Of a DNA stretch of 64,000 nt, positions 1 to 12,130 are shown piece after piece. Where the stretch lies: positions 37,510,001 to 37,574,000 of the forward strand of contig NC_083281.1 in assembly GCF_963506605.1 (NCBI RefSeq), read 5' to 3'. The DNA comes from Zootoca vivipara. Lineage: Eukaryota. A program made the position numbers and the translations under genes. The notes beneath the pieces were generated by a model. The model ran no database searches. It saw only the letters and a program-made list of their open reading frames with translations, and had not been told where the DNA came from. The stretch's first letter is position 1. Every line of letters begins with the position of its first letter.

Positions 1-299
1 CCATGAACCATCATAAGGAGCACCTTGAGAGATAACATTTCATAACATGCTCTAATCTAACATTTTGTGATCTTTGTTGCATTTCATCAGATTCATATGG
101 GCATGCACAGTAGTATGTACAATGTTTGCAGGTTGAAAAGCACTAAGCATTATGCAGACCTTGATAGTTTTCATTTTTAAGGATTTAAGGTGGCATTGTG
201 ATCAGGAGACTGGCACCCTAATGAGTGATGCTGACAATAACATTTAGTATTTATGTTCCTCTTTCTTTGCTTAAAATGCTTTTGCATACCTTATTTTTG

Positions 300-470
300 T
301 TCTAAACATGTAAGGTAGGTCAGTGGTGTTATACCCATATTGCAGATGAGACATTGAGGCTCAGAGAATAGTTTGCCCTAAACTCCTTCCATAGCAGAGG
401 CAAGATTTGAACTGGGCACTTCCTGGTTCATAGCAAGCTTAGCTTCTTAGCCACTACATTTTACCAGCTC
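300..470 (-). mobile_element. Old MIR/CORE-like SINE remnant
   Basis: cccatattgcagatgag..tgaggctcagag core and gatttgaactggg B-box-like segment in reverse. Confidence 0.5.
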
Positions 471-734
471 TTGCCTTGAAATGGCATAATTCAGAAATAT
501 TGAAGGATTTCTGTACTAGGATGAGAAGCTACAAGAGCCAGGCATGGAGTCAGAATTGTCCTGGCTAACTCTGGCTTCAGTGGGAGCCTTTGCAGCTTGT
601 AGGATGTGTATGGTTTTGTTTATGCCCGTGAACCATATCTTGGAAGTTCCATTGGGGGATTTTAGCAGTCTTAACCTGCACCCCATGGAGATACTGACTT
701 CATAAAGGCATAATGAAAAATCATGTTGGAATAC

Positions 735-985
735 CAAGAATACGTCCCCATCAGGCCAGTGGTCTTTCTAGCCCCACACCTGGATTCCCAAGTCGCCAAC
801 ACAATGTACCTGAGAAGCCCACATGAGAGTAATGGGCCTCTCCTGCTGCTGTTGCTTCATAGCAACTGGTATTCAGAGGCATAATGCTTCTAAACTGGGA
901 GGTTGCCTGTTGGCATCTTGACTAGCAGCCATTGATAGACCACTTGTCCTCCCTGAATTTCTCTGATCCCCTTCTAAAGCTATTT
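735..985 (-). mobile_element. Old CR1 LINE 3' UTR remnant (related remnants at ~8340-8720, 30730-31000, 46380-46540, 47220-47330, 58530-58715)
   Basis: Shared motifs gcaactggtattcagaggcat, tagccattgatag, gaagagccctgctgg across copies. Confidence 0.55.
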
Positions 986-1614
986 AATCATTGCAGGTAG
1001 CCAACTAGGTAAAATAGTACAAGTTCTGACCTACGGTAACTCTGGAGAGAGAGAGAGAAATCTCTCCAAATACACAAAGTCAGAGCCAGCAAGTTTGTTT
1101 AAGGCCTGACGTGAATGTTTACCCATTGCAAAGTCTGTCCACCGTTACCAGGTTGCAAAACAGGAAATCTTTGTCCCTCTGGCAGGCTGTTTGGTGCGCA
1201 AAGCTCACAGTGATGCAAAATTGACTAACAACGTAAGCTCCACTGAGGTCAGCGTGGCCGGTTCTTATGCATTTATTGTTTATTATATTAAGAGATTTTT
1301 AGTCTTCTCCAGTCTCAAAAGCTCAAGGTCAGATGCAGTATAAAAATTAAAGAAATGCAAAAAAAGGTTGTGGTAATTCATCTATCTGTAAAAAACAACA
1401 ACCCAAGACCATTGTATAAAGATCCCAGCCATTTCCACTCCCTTGTCTCCAATAAGAGGCATCCTTCTTGCCTTCCAGTTTGTGATCCTCCACCTCAGTG
1501 GCCTTCCCCATCCCTTCCCACTTTTGTTCTACTCCAGGGAAGGGTTTGATTAGACTTTCTGGAAGGGATTGTGGAATTGCTATAAGTGGGAAATGTGTTT
1601 CTCTCTTTTTGTAG

Positions 1615-1722
1615 AATATCGTCCCCACCCATGTGAAAATTGACTTAATCAACCTGCTGTCGGAAACGGGTCTTTCGGTCATAGAAGCTACCAGTTTTGT
1701 GTCTCCCAAATGGGTTCCTCAG
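1615..1722 (+). CDS. HMGCL: HMG-CoA lyase, internal exon (human exon 3 equivalent)
   Basis: tttttgtag acceptor, cag|gtcagt donor; 108 nt encoding [36 protein letters not shown]. Confidence 0.96.
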
Positions 1723-2330
1723 GTCAGTATGGGTGAGCCTCAAATTCACGTTGCTGACGCAGTGAAGAGAGCAGGTCCCTGCTTCTCCCGTAAACTTGCT
1801 GGGTGGCTTAGATAAATTACTGTGTCTCCTTTCATAGGTTGCATTTGCATATAGGTAATTCCAAACCATAGTTTAGTGCAGGTCTGGGAAGCTGGGAGCC
1901 ACACTCTGATTCTCAGGACTTCCCCCCCCCCCTCCCCAGGGCTGCTAAGCGTAATGTGGCTATGCAGCAATTTAACACAGCAGCATGCAGAGGGGTTGTT
2001 TCTGTTATAAAAAGTTTCTGACCTTCGTAGATTACTGAGCATCATTCTCAAAGCCGCCTGTTATTGTAAAACGTTGTTCGGAAAGCTAGAGTCCCTCTTT
2101 AAAAACCAGCTAATAATGGAAGTGGAGCTTGTAAGAGGAACCTGCTTTTCATTGGGGAAAGTCTGTCTTGAATATGCCAACATTATAAAAATACTTTTCA
2201 TCTGTCGCCTAACAACCCTATTTCTTTTTCTCATTTTGATCTGCAAGGGTTTGGAAGCGTTAAGGTGCTCCCCTCTTTACCAGTGGAAAATTAAAATCCT
2301 GTCTTTTATGTTCTTCGTTTTGCAACTTAG

Positions 2331-2426
2331 ATGGCTGATCATACTGAAGTCATGCAAGGGATTCGGAAGGTTCCTGGGATCAGCTACCCTGTTTTGACTC
2401 CCAACCTCAAAGGCTTCCAAGCAGCG
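2331..2426 (+). CDS. HMGCL: HMG-CoA lyase exon 4
   Basis: ttag acceptor, gcg|gtaagg donor; 96 nt, [32 protein letters not shown]. Confidence 0.96.
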
Positions 2427-3250
2427 GTAAGGAAGATGGCAGTGCAGAAGCTCTGAGGTCATGGCTTTAGTAGAGATCTTTAAAGTGAGAAATACACAAC
2501 TATGAATGTAATTCCATATCCTATTCCAGGTATGGTGGACCTGACCTGGACAGGCAGCTCATATATTTAAATAGAGGAGGCACATCTTCTCCCCCCCCCC
2601 CCCCGGCCGAATTGAACTCAGTGAAGGTGCTTGTATATGTAAAAACCTGTAGGCCATGCTGGGAAAAGTCTCTCCAGCATCACAGGAATCTTAATTAGCT
2701 GAATGTAGCCTTAAATCGGGTCAACTAGGCCCATTTTGGTACGGTTTTTGTACATTATTTATTTATTGATTGTATTGATTAGTCATTTTTTTCCAGAAAG
2801 GTGAAATCAGGGTGACTTACAAATAGTAACTTTTAAAATGAGTGAAAAGAAGAATAAACACAACCTAAAATGTTAGTGCCAATAATACGTATAATAAATC
2901 AGATCCACCCCTCTAAAACAGAGGTCCCCTACCCTGCACCTTGCAAAGGCGTTCACTGCTGCCCCAGGCAGGTGTCCCAGACTCTAAGCTTTTTTCAAAA
3001 AAACAAAACAACCCAGTCTCTATTCCTCATAGGAAGAAAGTTTTTTGGGGGAAATGTTCAGGTACCTTCTAATCAATTTCTGTGGAATGAAAGCGAGTGT
3101 GATGTTGCCACCTGGTGCCGTGAAATCCCTCCTGTTATTACACAGCAACATCATTTATACGTGTAGAATCAATATTATGTGATCTCCACAACCAGGAGTA
3201 GCCGGACATAGCTGACTTCCCATGGTTAGCATGAGGTTGTTGGGGAGGTA

Positions 3251-3930
3251 CCATACTTTTCCATCTATAAGACGCCCCTGTGTATAAGACTACCCCTCAA
3301 ATTTTAGAATAAGGGGGTAGATGGCTCAGAGTTGTTGAGCTTTTTTTGTGGAGGATTGCCCAGGGTTGTTGAGCTTTCTTTTCGGGAGGGATTGCCTAAA
3401 TTTGCTCACCCCCACATGATGCAAAATCAGCCTCCCGTCTGTCCCATCGCCGGCAGAAGCTGCCAATCGCCCACCCAGCTGCCAGGGTGTCAGCCAATCA
3501 ACACCGCCCATTGACGCAGCAACCAATAACATGCACAGTAGAACCAGAGGGCCTTCTTAGTAGTGGCACCCGCCCTGTGGAACGCCCTCCCACCAGATGT
3601 CAAAGAGAAAAACAACTACCAGACTTTCAGAAGACATCTGAAGGCAGCCCTGTTTAGGGAAGCTTTTAATGTTTAATAGATTATTGCATTTTAATGTTCT
3701 GCTCTGTTGGAAGCTGCCCAGAGTGGCTGGGGAAACTCAACCAGATGGGCGGGGTATAAATAATAATAATAATAATAATATATAATTATTATTATTATTA
3801 TTAGTGATTTACAGCCGCGGCAGCAACCAATCAAACATCCACCCTATGCACTACCCATGTATAAGACGACCCCCACTTTTAAGCATGATTTTTAAAGAAA
3901 AAACACAGTCTTATACATGGAAAAGTCCAG
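3251..3930. mobile_element. Tc1/mariner (Tc2-like) MITE; second copy at 49848-50010
   Basis: TA + ccatactttttccatctataagac ... gtcttatacatggaaaagtccag TIRs; internal gtataagac repeats. Confidence 0.65.
3540..3803 (+). mobile_element. L2-clade LINE 3' end with (TAA)n tail
   Basis: Closely matches the 3' end of the RT-bearing copy at 59670-60315. Confidence 0.8.
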
Positions 3931-4176
3931 TTAACTAATTTTGTGTTATGCCACGCTGCCCCTAGCCATTTTGTGACTGGCCCCCCACAGCGCTTCTCAA
4001 CATTCGAAAAGTGACCCCAATCCGAAAAGGTTGGCGACCCCTGCATTAAAAGATAAGCAGAAAATCAAGATTGCTTGCAGTCACCACAATTAACAATTAA
4101 ATTGCTGTCACGCACCACCACCTGAGTTCACTTATCAGAGGGAGTGATATATAGGGCATATTCCCTGTATTGACAG

Positions 4177-4325
4177 GTGGCAGCAGGAGCTAAGGAGGTG
4201 TCAATCTTCGGGGCAGCATCAGAACTTTTCACAAAGAAGAACATCAACTGTTCCATTGAGGAGAGCCTGAACAGATTCAGTGACGTCCTGAGTGCAGCTA
4301 GAGAAACCAGCATCCCGGTCCGAGG
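4177..4325 (+). CDS. HMGCL: HMG-CoA lyase exon 5
   Basis: gacag acceptor, gg|gtgagc donor; 149 nt, [34 protein letters not shown]...IPVRG. Confidence 0.96.
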
Positions 4326-4864
4326 GTGAGCTTTAGAGCCATGTGCTAACTGAGTTGTTGAACGATCTTCTCTATCTGCTGATCTACCGTGATTTATTTA
4401 TTATTGTTGCATTTACATTTACAAATGTGCCGGTGAAGTTTGGGAGAGGGATTGCAGAACCAAAATACTGGATCATCTCTGAGATGGCCTGAAGGAAGGA
4501 GCTTTCCATAACATGGTCCTGATAAGTCATAACTGGGGGTAGCCATCGGTTGCTGTCTTTCATGTACGTGAGGAAGTAGCTGCCGCTCCCCAGTAGGTGG
4601 GTGAGGGAGCTCTTCACATTTTATGTGATGGAGTGAAGATTCTGGTGTATATAAACAGGCTGCGGTGAGGTTTTCATACCACAGGCTTGGCCGTAAATCC
4701 CTAGGAGCACGCCAATGCTATTTTCATTCTGCAAATGATTTATAGGTCACGTGTGAGGCCAGTAGCCTGAGGCTGCCATTCTGGTTGTGTAAAAGCCATT
4801 TGAAACTCCTGCATGTACAGTATTAGGTATAATAATACCTGTGTTCCCCCCCCCCTGCGTGCAG

Positions 4865-4928
4865 GTATGTCTCCTGTGTCCTTGGCTGCCCATATGAAGG
4901 CAAGATTGCTCCGGCTAAAGTAGCAGAA
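4865..4928 (+). CDS. HMGCL: HMG-CoA lyase exon 6
   Basis: gcag acceptor, gaa|gtgagt donor; 64 nt, [21 protein letters not shown]. Confidence 0.96.
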
Positions 4929-5467
4929 GTGAGTATATGTTGCAGTTGGAAGGTGTGGCATCCATTGTGCACCCAGCATCAATACTGAAAGGCATTTGTG
5001 GGCGGTGGGGGTGGCCTTCTGTCTTGGATATTCTTGGTAACCCCAGTCAGTAAAGGGTCGCACATCAGCACTGCGTGTTGCAGCTGCCGTTGTTTCAGTT
5101 TTCATTGCACAGGTGGAAAAAGCAAAAGGCGCCTTTTTTGAGGTGAAATTGCACTTTGCAACGAGCATAGGGCTGCCACCCCAAATGGGTACAGGGATGG
5201 GAAGAGCCCAGTACTGGGCCAGGTGAAATAATGGGTTGACTTGGTAAAAGGCAGCTGCATGTATTCCCTGTGCACCCCTTATCCTCACCAGCAGCAGCCA
5301 AGAATGCGAAGAGCAGGAAAACACACACTGTAATATTGGGACATGGGGTAAACAGAAGTATAGGTTATGCAAAGGGAGGGTGGAACTCAGCCAGAGGCTC
5401 CTGCTTTTTGCATTGTCCCTGTGCTCTTTACATTGTGTAGCTCAAACTTTAAATGGTAGGTTTGCAT

Positions 5468-5778
5468 AGGAAGGGCAGTAGTAGAGCTGCGCAGAAAGTC
5501 ACAGGTTCAGTCCCTACCCTCTCCAAGTAGGTCTGGGGACGACCCTGTCTGAGATCCTGTAGAGCCACTGCCACTCAATCTCAACCAGGGTTTCCCAAAC
5601 GTGGATCTCCAGCTGCTTTTGGACTACAACTCCCATCATCCCTACCTAGTAGGACCTGTGATCAGGGATGATGGGAGTTGTAGTCCAAAAACAGCTGGAG
5701 ACCTAAGTATGGGAAACTCTGCTCTAAACAACACTGAGCTAGACGGGCCGGTGGTCTGACTTGGTGTCAGGCAGCTTT
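5468..5778 (+). mobile_element. tRNA-derived Squam3-like SINE interrupted by a palindromic hAT MITE (5586-5721)
   Basis: ggaagggc..gtagag..caggttcagtccct head; ctgagctaga..ggtctgact..ggcagctt tail; hairpin MITE inside. Confidence 0.65.
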
Positions 5779-5819
5779 GTGTGTTGGAAATTCTGTAACT
5801 GTTCTGTTCTCTGCTGCAG

Positions 5820-6008
5820 GTTTCAAAGAAAATGTATGCCATGGGGTGCTATGAGATTTCCCTTGGCGATACCATCGGGGTTGGGACCCCCGGCAACATG
5901 AAGGACATGCTGTCTGCTGTCATGAAGGAGGTGCCTCTTGGAGCACTGGCTGTTCACTGCCATGACACTTATGGGCAGGCACTCGCCAACACGCTGGTAG
6001 CGCTTCAG
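5820..6008 (+). CDS. HMGCL: HMG-CoA lyase exon 7
   Basis: ctgcag acceptor, cag|gtgact donor; 189 nt with EISLGDTIG and the metal-binding HCHDTYG motif. Confidence 0.97.
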
Positions 6009-6554
6009 GTGACTTCCTCGCTGTTTTCATAGCTCAAGACATAATAATTCACTAAAATGGGTGGCGCAAATCCACCCATCCAATCCACACGCTAGCCACG
6101 AACAAGCCCTGGTCATTGGCCAATCTTGCCTGGGATAGAGATCATCTATTTATTTTGACAGTTTATGTATCGCTTACTTAGAATTCACGAAGAGTCGGAC
6201 ACGACTAAACAACAACAATTAGAATTGCCTGTAAGCCATGTACAAGAAACCCAGTACAGTGCAGATAAAAATCAATTGAAACAAACAAAAGATTAGAGTA
6301 AAATGCCTTCTGGAATTAAAAACAGTCTTCAGTAGGAAGTAGGAACAAAGAGGGGACCTGTCTGACCTCAGCTGGAAGGAAGTTCTATAAAATCGGGTCC
6401 TCTGAATGCACAGCTCCTGGCACATATAAGCCGTGCATCTGAGCCATGGGCGACCACTAACAGTGACTCTCCAAAGAGCTCAGTGACCTGGAATGGGTAA
6501 AAGGGTCCCTGGGGCATGTTTTGGCCCCACAAAAGGCATTCGGACTACATATAA

Positions 6555-7088
<534 letters not shown>

Positions 7089-7940
7089 TAGTCATAGGAG
7101 GGGGACACACTTGTCTTGGCTTTGGGAGTTAGTACAAGGCACGCTTGTCTTTATTTTGCTTTGATAGAGATGGGTGTCTGTTGCCCTCATTGGCTGATCA
7201 GCTGCGATTGTACTTGATGTCTCTCCTAACTAGAGCATCCAGCCGAGCTTTATCTGCCACTGTGTGTAAAGTTGTATATGTGTTGGTAGAAACAGGTTGT
7301 CTGAAGTTTTCAACTGCCTCAAAATTATATTCTTCTGAGTAAGGGCTGTGTCTTTGGTCACCTTCATACCATCCATTTAAAGCACTCCTATGCCACTTTT
7401 AAGTCTACCCCCCCCCCAAAATAAAAAATAAATCCTGGGAAGTGAATTTTGTTAGGGGTGTGCATAGTTGTCAGGAGACCCTTACAGATGCAATTCTCAG
7501 AGTGGTTTAACAACCAACCCGTCTTGCCAGGGAACTCTAGGAATTGTATTTTTGGGGGGAAAATAGGGGTCTCATAATGAGCTCTGTTAACAAACTACAG
7601 TTCCCGGGATACTTTGACGGAAGCCATGGTTGTTAACACGGTATAGGAGTACTTTAAATTCATGGTGCGGATGTGACCTCTTGAGGAAGAGCACGTTTTG
7701 GGGTGTAGAAGGTCTTTGGTTTAATTCTCTGCATCTCCCCTTTTTTTTTTTAAAAAAAAAAGAAAGTAAGTGGGAAGACCTTACTGGGCTGGAAAGACGA
7801 GTGTCTGAATCTATGGACAGCAGCTGACAGTCAAAAGAGCAGGCAGTACTAGACTAGAAGGACAAATGATCTGATGTCATTTAATGCAGCTTTGTATGTA
7901 CAAGTAAGCAGCTGTGTCTCTTTTCTTCTTCCCTATGAAG

Positions 7941-8042
7941 GGTGTGGACCTCACGAAACTTCTGGAAGCAGGAACCTTTATTTGCAAGGCCTTGAACAGG
8001 AGGACCAATTCGAAAGTGGCACAGGCCTCCTGCAAACTGTGA
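7941..8042 (+). CDS. HMGCL: HMG-CoA lyase terminal coding exon
   Basis: Pyrimidine tract plus aag acceptor; [36 protein letters not shown]; C-terminal CKL is PTS1-like. Confidence 0.96.
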   Translation, partial: GVDLTKLLEAGTFICKALNRRTNSKVAQASCKL

Positions 8043-8214
8043 AGCAAAGCAGTGCCTTTACGGGACTTGTTGGAAGCGAAATTACAAGCGGCACTCTGGA
8101 ATCTGCCATGTTTGCACTTGCTCTCCTCTCCTAACTTTATTTAAGCACTCTCCAGTGGTCTCCGGGCTCGACGGCAGGAAGATGAGGCAGCCAAATTTTA
8201 CCCTGAAAAGAGAC

Positions 8215-8220
8215 ATTAAA
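8215..8220 (+). terminator. Candidate HMGCL polyadenylation signal (ATTAAA)
   Basis: First PAS hexamer seen after the stop; GT/T-rich sequence follows. Confidence 0.45.
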
Positions 8221-9554
8221 AAAGTAGTCTAGAGCACTGTATTTGCACTTGGTTGGATATCTTGGGCTTTGCAAAGAACCTGAGTCCTTCCCACAGGTCA
8301 CAACTTGCCTCCAAGGAACAAATTTGTTGCAGTGGGTCATAAAAAGAGCCCTGCTGGGTTGGGCCAAAGGCCTATTATATTCCAGCATTTTGTTCTCACA
8401 GTGGCTAACCAGAGCCCTATGGGACGCTCACAAGCAGGACCTGAGGGCTCTCCTCATCTGAGGTTTGCGCCAAATGATATTCAGATTTATACTGCTTCTG
8501 ACAGTGGAGGGACAACCTAGCCATAGTGGTTCATAGCCTTATCTACCATGAATTTGCCTTTTAAAGACATCCAAGTTGGGGGGGGGGTTGTCACTACATA
8601 TTTTGGGAGCAAATGCCCTCGTTTAAGAACTGCAGTTTGTGAAGAAGCACTTTCTTTTCCCTGTCTTGACTCTTCCAACATCAATTGGAGCTTTTTAAAA
8701 CATTCATCTTCATGGGAGCATCCTGAGTTCCTATATACCTCTACCCTTATTTGTATTTTTGGACCCTACATTTGCTTGGGCCATAATTTTATCTTTTCCT
8801 CTTCTCTCATTCGGAGTCTCCCATGTGACATTGTGGTTGTGTCAACAGTGCGCTGCGGAGTTTAACCCCCCCCCCGATGCCTTTCTCAATCAACTCATGG
8901 GGATATAAGTGGGCAACCCAAAGCAGGCAATAGTTTTTGCCTTCTGTTCACCACACCTATCCCAAGGCTGTCCCACTTGCAAAAAAAGAATCAACCAATT
9001 AAATATGCTTCTTTCTATATCTAAAAGCAAGTACTGTAGCCTCTCTGAAACCTTTGCTGAAATCTTCTTGTTGGGCCTCAGAGGGTGGGAGCCTGGTCTG
9101 ACTCCCAATTCCTGTCCCCCAAAGACTCCCTCTCATAGGACAAGCCCATCACAAGCTCCTCCTGCTGCCAGTGTTCATGCCAGTTCAGCCTCCCCACATT
9201 CTGTGGGGCATGCTCAGTTTCCTACCTGCTTCATTCCTCCTTGCGCCAGTAGGGGGTGATGGCTTCCAATCCTGGGAGAAGAGGTGTAGCTGGGTTTGTG
9301 TGCCACTGAGGGATGGTGTGCCTGCCCCTAGATTTGGGCCGCTGCAGCTGATTGATCCTTGCACTGTTCCAGCCCCTGACCCAGATTGCCAGCTAAGGGG
9401 GGTGGCTTCCTTTCACGCTTGTCCCTCTGCTCCATTTTCCTCCCCCTACCCCTTTTCGTTCTCCAGGAGTTGGTGTCAGAATGGCAATGGCAACCTTCCT
9501 TCCCTGGTACAAAGCTGCACCAGCTATGCTTACTTCCAGCCAAAAATAAATGAT

Positions 9555-9850
9555 ACCATGGGTGACACAGCTGCTAATAGCTTGGTGCGGATAATGCCAA
9601 GGTTCCATGTTTGATCCCCGTATGGGACAGCTGCATATTCCTGCATTGCAGGCGGTTGGACTCGATCAGGCGTCCCCAAACTTCGGCCCTCCAGATGTTT
9701 TAGACTACAATTCCCATCATCCCTGACCACTGGTCCTATTATCTAGGGATCATGGGAGTTGTAGGCCAAAACATCTGGAGGGCCACAGTTTGGGGGTGCC
9801 TGGACTAGTTGATCCTCAGGGTCCCAACTTTACAATTCTGTGATTCTGTG
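9555..9850 (+). mobile_element. tRNA-head/CR1-tail SINE interrupted by a hAT MITE (9667-9802)
   Basis: gtttgatcccc B-box, CR1-type tail ttcctgcattgcagg..ttggact..attctgtgattctgtg; MITE flanks gactcgat / gactagtt. Confidence 0.6.
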
Positions 9851-10369
9851 TCATCCTAATGTCCATATGGCGCTCACCCGTTTGCTTCCCAATTCCTTCA
9901 CTGCTTATAGTTCCCTTTCCCTTCCTTTGTTAGGTTCTTAAGTCTTTCTGAAGATGAGGAACTGCAAAGGCTCCAGGGCTTGATAGCTTTCCAGCAATTC
10001 TAACAGACCTGTGCTAGAGGAATTGGTGCCAAACTATTGTTAGCTTCTTGTTGCTGGGGAAATCCTTCAGAACTGGTTAGAGCAAAGGTAGCACTCCAGC
10101 TGTTTTGGGACTACAACTCCCATAATCCCTAGCTAACAGTACCAGTGGTCAGGGATGATGGAAATTGTAGTCCCAAAACAGCTGGAGGGCCAAGTTTGGC
10201 CATGCCTGCCTTAGGGGTACATGTGGTGTTCAATATGCCAGGCACATGTGTTGATACCCATGCTGGCTAGGGCTGATGGGAGTAGGATGTCCAGCACATC
10301 TGGAGGGCTGAAATAGAATATTTGGAAAGGGGTTGTTCTGGTTTTTTAATATATAAAGTAAATGGAAGG

Positions 10370-10995
10370 GAATTATTAGGTAAATAAGCAAGTTGTGCCT
10401 GGTCTTGGACAGGGATGGCTTGGCCACTGTGACCCCTGCATTGGTAACCTCAAGGCTGGACTGTTTTAACACACACTATAGGGAGCTGCCCTGAAGGCTA
10501 TTGTAGAAGCTGCAGCTGGTATGAAATGCAGCTGCTAGGCTACAGGCTGGGGCAACATGCACATGTTACACTAATCTAAGGAGTTGCACTGACTGCAAAC
10601 AAGCTGCTGGGCCAGGCTTTTAAGGATTTTGGTAATGACTTATACTGCCCTAAGCAACTTGGTACTAGGATCCCTGAGGCTCTTCCTGTTGGGCTGCAGC
10701 CTATGGAGCTACAGTTTGCAGCCGCTGGAGGGAGAGTCTTTTCAGTGGTGGCACCCGTACTATTAAACCACCTGCCTTCAGAGAGCAGAAAATATGCCTA
10801 AACCTCATTACTTTGTACATCTTAAAAACCAGCACCCAGGATTCTGGTGCTGTTTTGGTTTCAGAATAAAGCTACCCTAGATTTTCAGTTGCGTTTTCTT
10901 CCCACATTTTAATGTTTTGATATGTATTTTAATATTATTGTACACCACCTTGAGACTTGATGTGGGAGGTGGTATAGAAATGTTTTAAATAAAGT
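10370..10995 (+). mobile_element. Degenerate L2-clade LINE 3' fragment
   Basis: Decayed equivalents of ALVTSRLDYCN, KLQLVQNAAARL and FSVVAP.LWN.LP. Confidence 0.6.
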
Positions 10996-11074
10996 ATTGG
11001 TTATAAAATCTGTTGTTCATTTTTGGAATTGCTGTGGGTGGGCAAGGGGAGTGGAATGGAGGGCATATCAGGAT

Positions 11075-12130
11075 CTTAATGAAGAGCACAAGCTTAACTG
11101 TGCGATACAGCAGCAAAAAAAGCTAATGCAATCCAAGGCTGCATCAACAAATGTCCAGATCAAGGAACGTAATAGTGCCGCTCTATTCTGCCTCGGTCAG
11201 ACCACACCTGTAATACTGTGTCCAATTTAAGGAGGGTATTGACAAGCTGAAGTGTACAGAGATTATCAAGAGTCTGGAAACCAAGCCTTACGAGGAACAG
11301 TTTTAAAAAATGTTTTCAAGGTCTGCTCCCCTGCGCCTTTAACAGCCTGGAAAGCAGAAATGTAACAGAGAGAGCTTTCCCTATCTCTGTGTATATCCTT
11401 ATGTCTAGAAAAGCTACACCTGCTAGGTTTTCTTTGCAGGAGCAGGGCAGTAAAAATGTTGGCGGCTCAATTCCTACATTGCTGCTTTTGCAGGGAACAA
11501 GAGAATTAAGCTCCGTGCCAGTTCAATCTACTTTCTGGCCCCCATTGCAGGTATGTTGAAACACAGTCACACCCTGTGGGTGTGCAGAGTCAGTTACACG
11601 GCTGGGAGCCAACCTGCTTCAGAGAACAGGATATAGAGACTCCAGAGACACAGTTCCTGGTCAGAGATCAAAGGGGGAGGGGCATGATGGAGTAGAACTC
11701 ACCTGGGCAGGCCAGACACCTGCAAGTGGAAATAAAGCCTTAGGAGGAATGGTTGAAGGAGTTGGGTAAGTTTAGCCTGGAGAAGAGAAGGCCGAGAAGT
11801 GATATGATAGCCATCTTCAAATATCTAAAGGGCTGTCACATGGACGATGGAGCAATGCTTGTTTTCTGCTGCTCCAGGAGGTAGGAGCTGAACCAATGGA
11901 TTCAAATTACAAATAAGAAGATTCCAAGTAAACATCAGGAAGAACTTTCTGACAGAGCTGTTTGACAGTAGTACAGACTCCCTTGGAGGTGACGGACTCT
12001 GCTTCCCTGAAGGCATTTTAAACAGAGATTGAACAGCTGTCTACCAGGGATTCTTCAGCCGTAATTCCTGCATTGCAGGGGGCTGGACTAGATAGCCCTT
12101 GGAGTCCCTTCCAACTCTTAAGATTCTACG
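11075..12130 (+). mobile_element. CR1 LINE 3' fragment interrupted by a ~425-bp non-CR1 insert
   Basis: CR1 ORF2 C-terminal remnants ([23 protein letters not shown]) and tail ggactagat..ccttccaactct..gattcta. Confidence 0.8.
11303..11831 (+). repeat. Inverted segmental duplication, copy A
   Basis: Near-identical reverse complement of 19083-19625. Confidence 0.92.

Larger units (their letters stand above)
2919..4043. mobile_element. hAT-type non-autonomous DNA transposon carrying nested insertions
   Basis: TIRs cagaggtcccctacc / ggttggcgacccctg (12/15); 8-bp flanks ctctaaaa / cattaaaa. Confidence 0.5.

Noticed and set aside
1-1614. HMGCL exons 1-2 (transit peptide, RDGLQNE motif)
   Set aside because: Not found; they must lie upstream of the window
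4740-5372. 210-aa minus-strand ORF (also the 200-aa ORF at 44561-45163)
   Set aside because: Antisense to real exons or intronic; no recognisable homology or splice support
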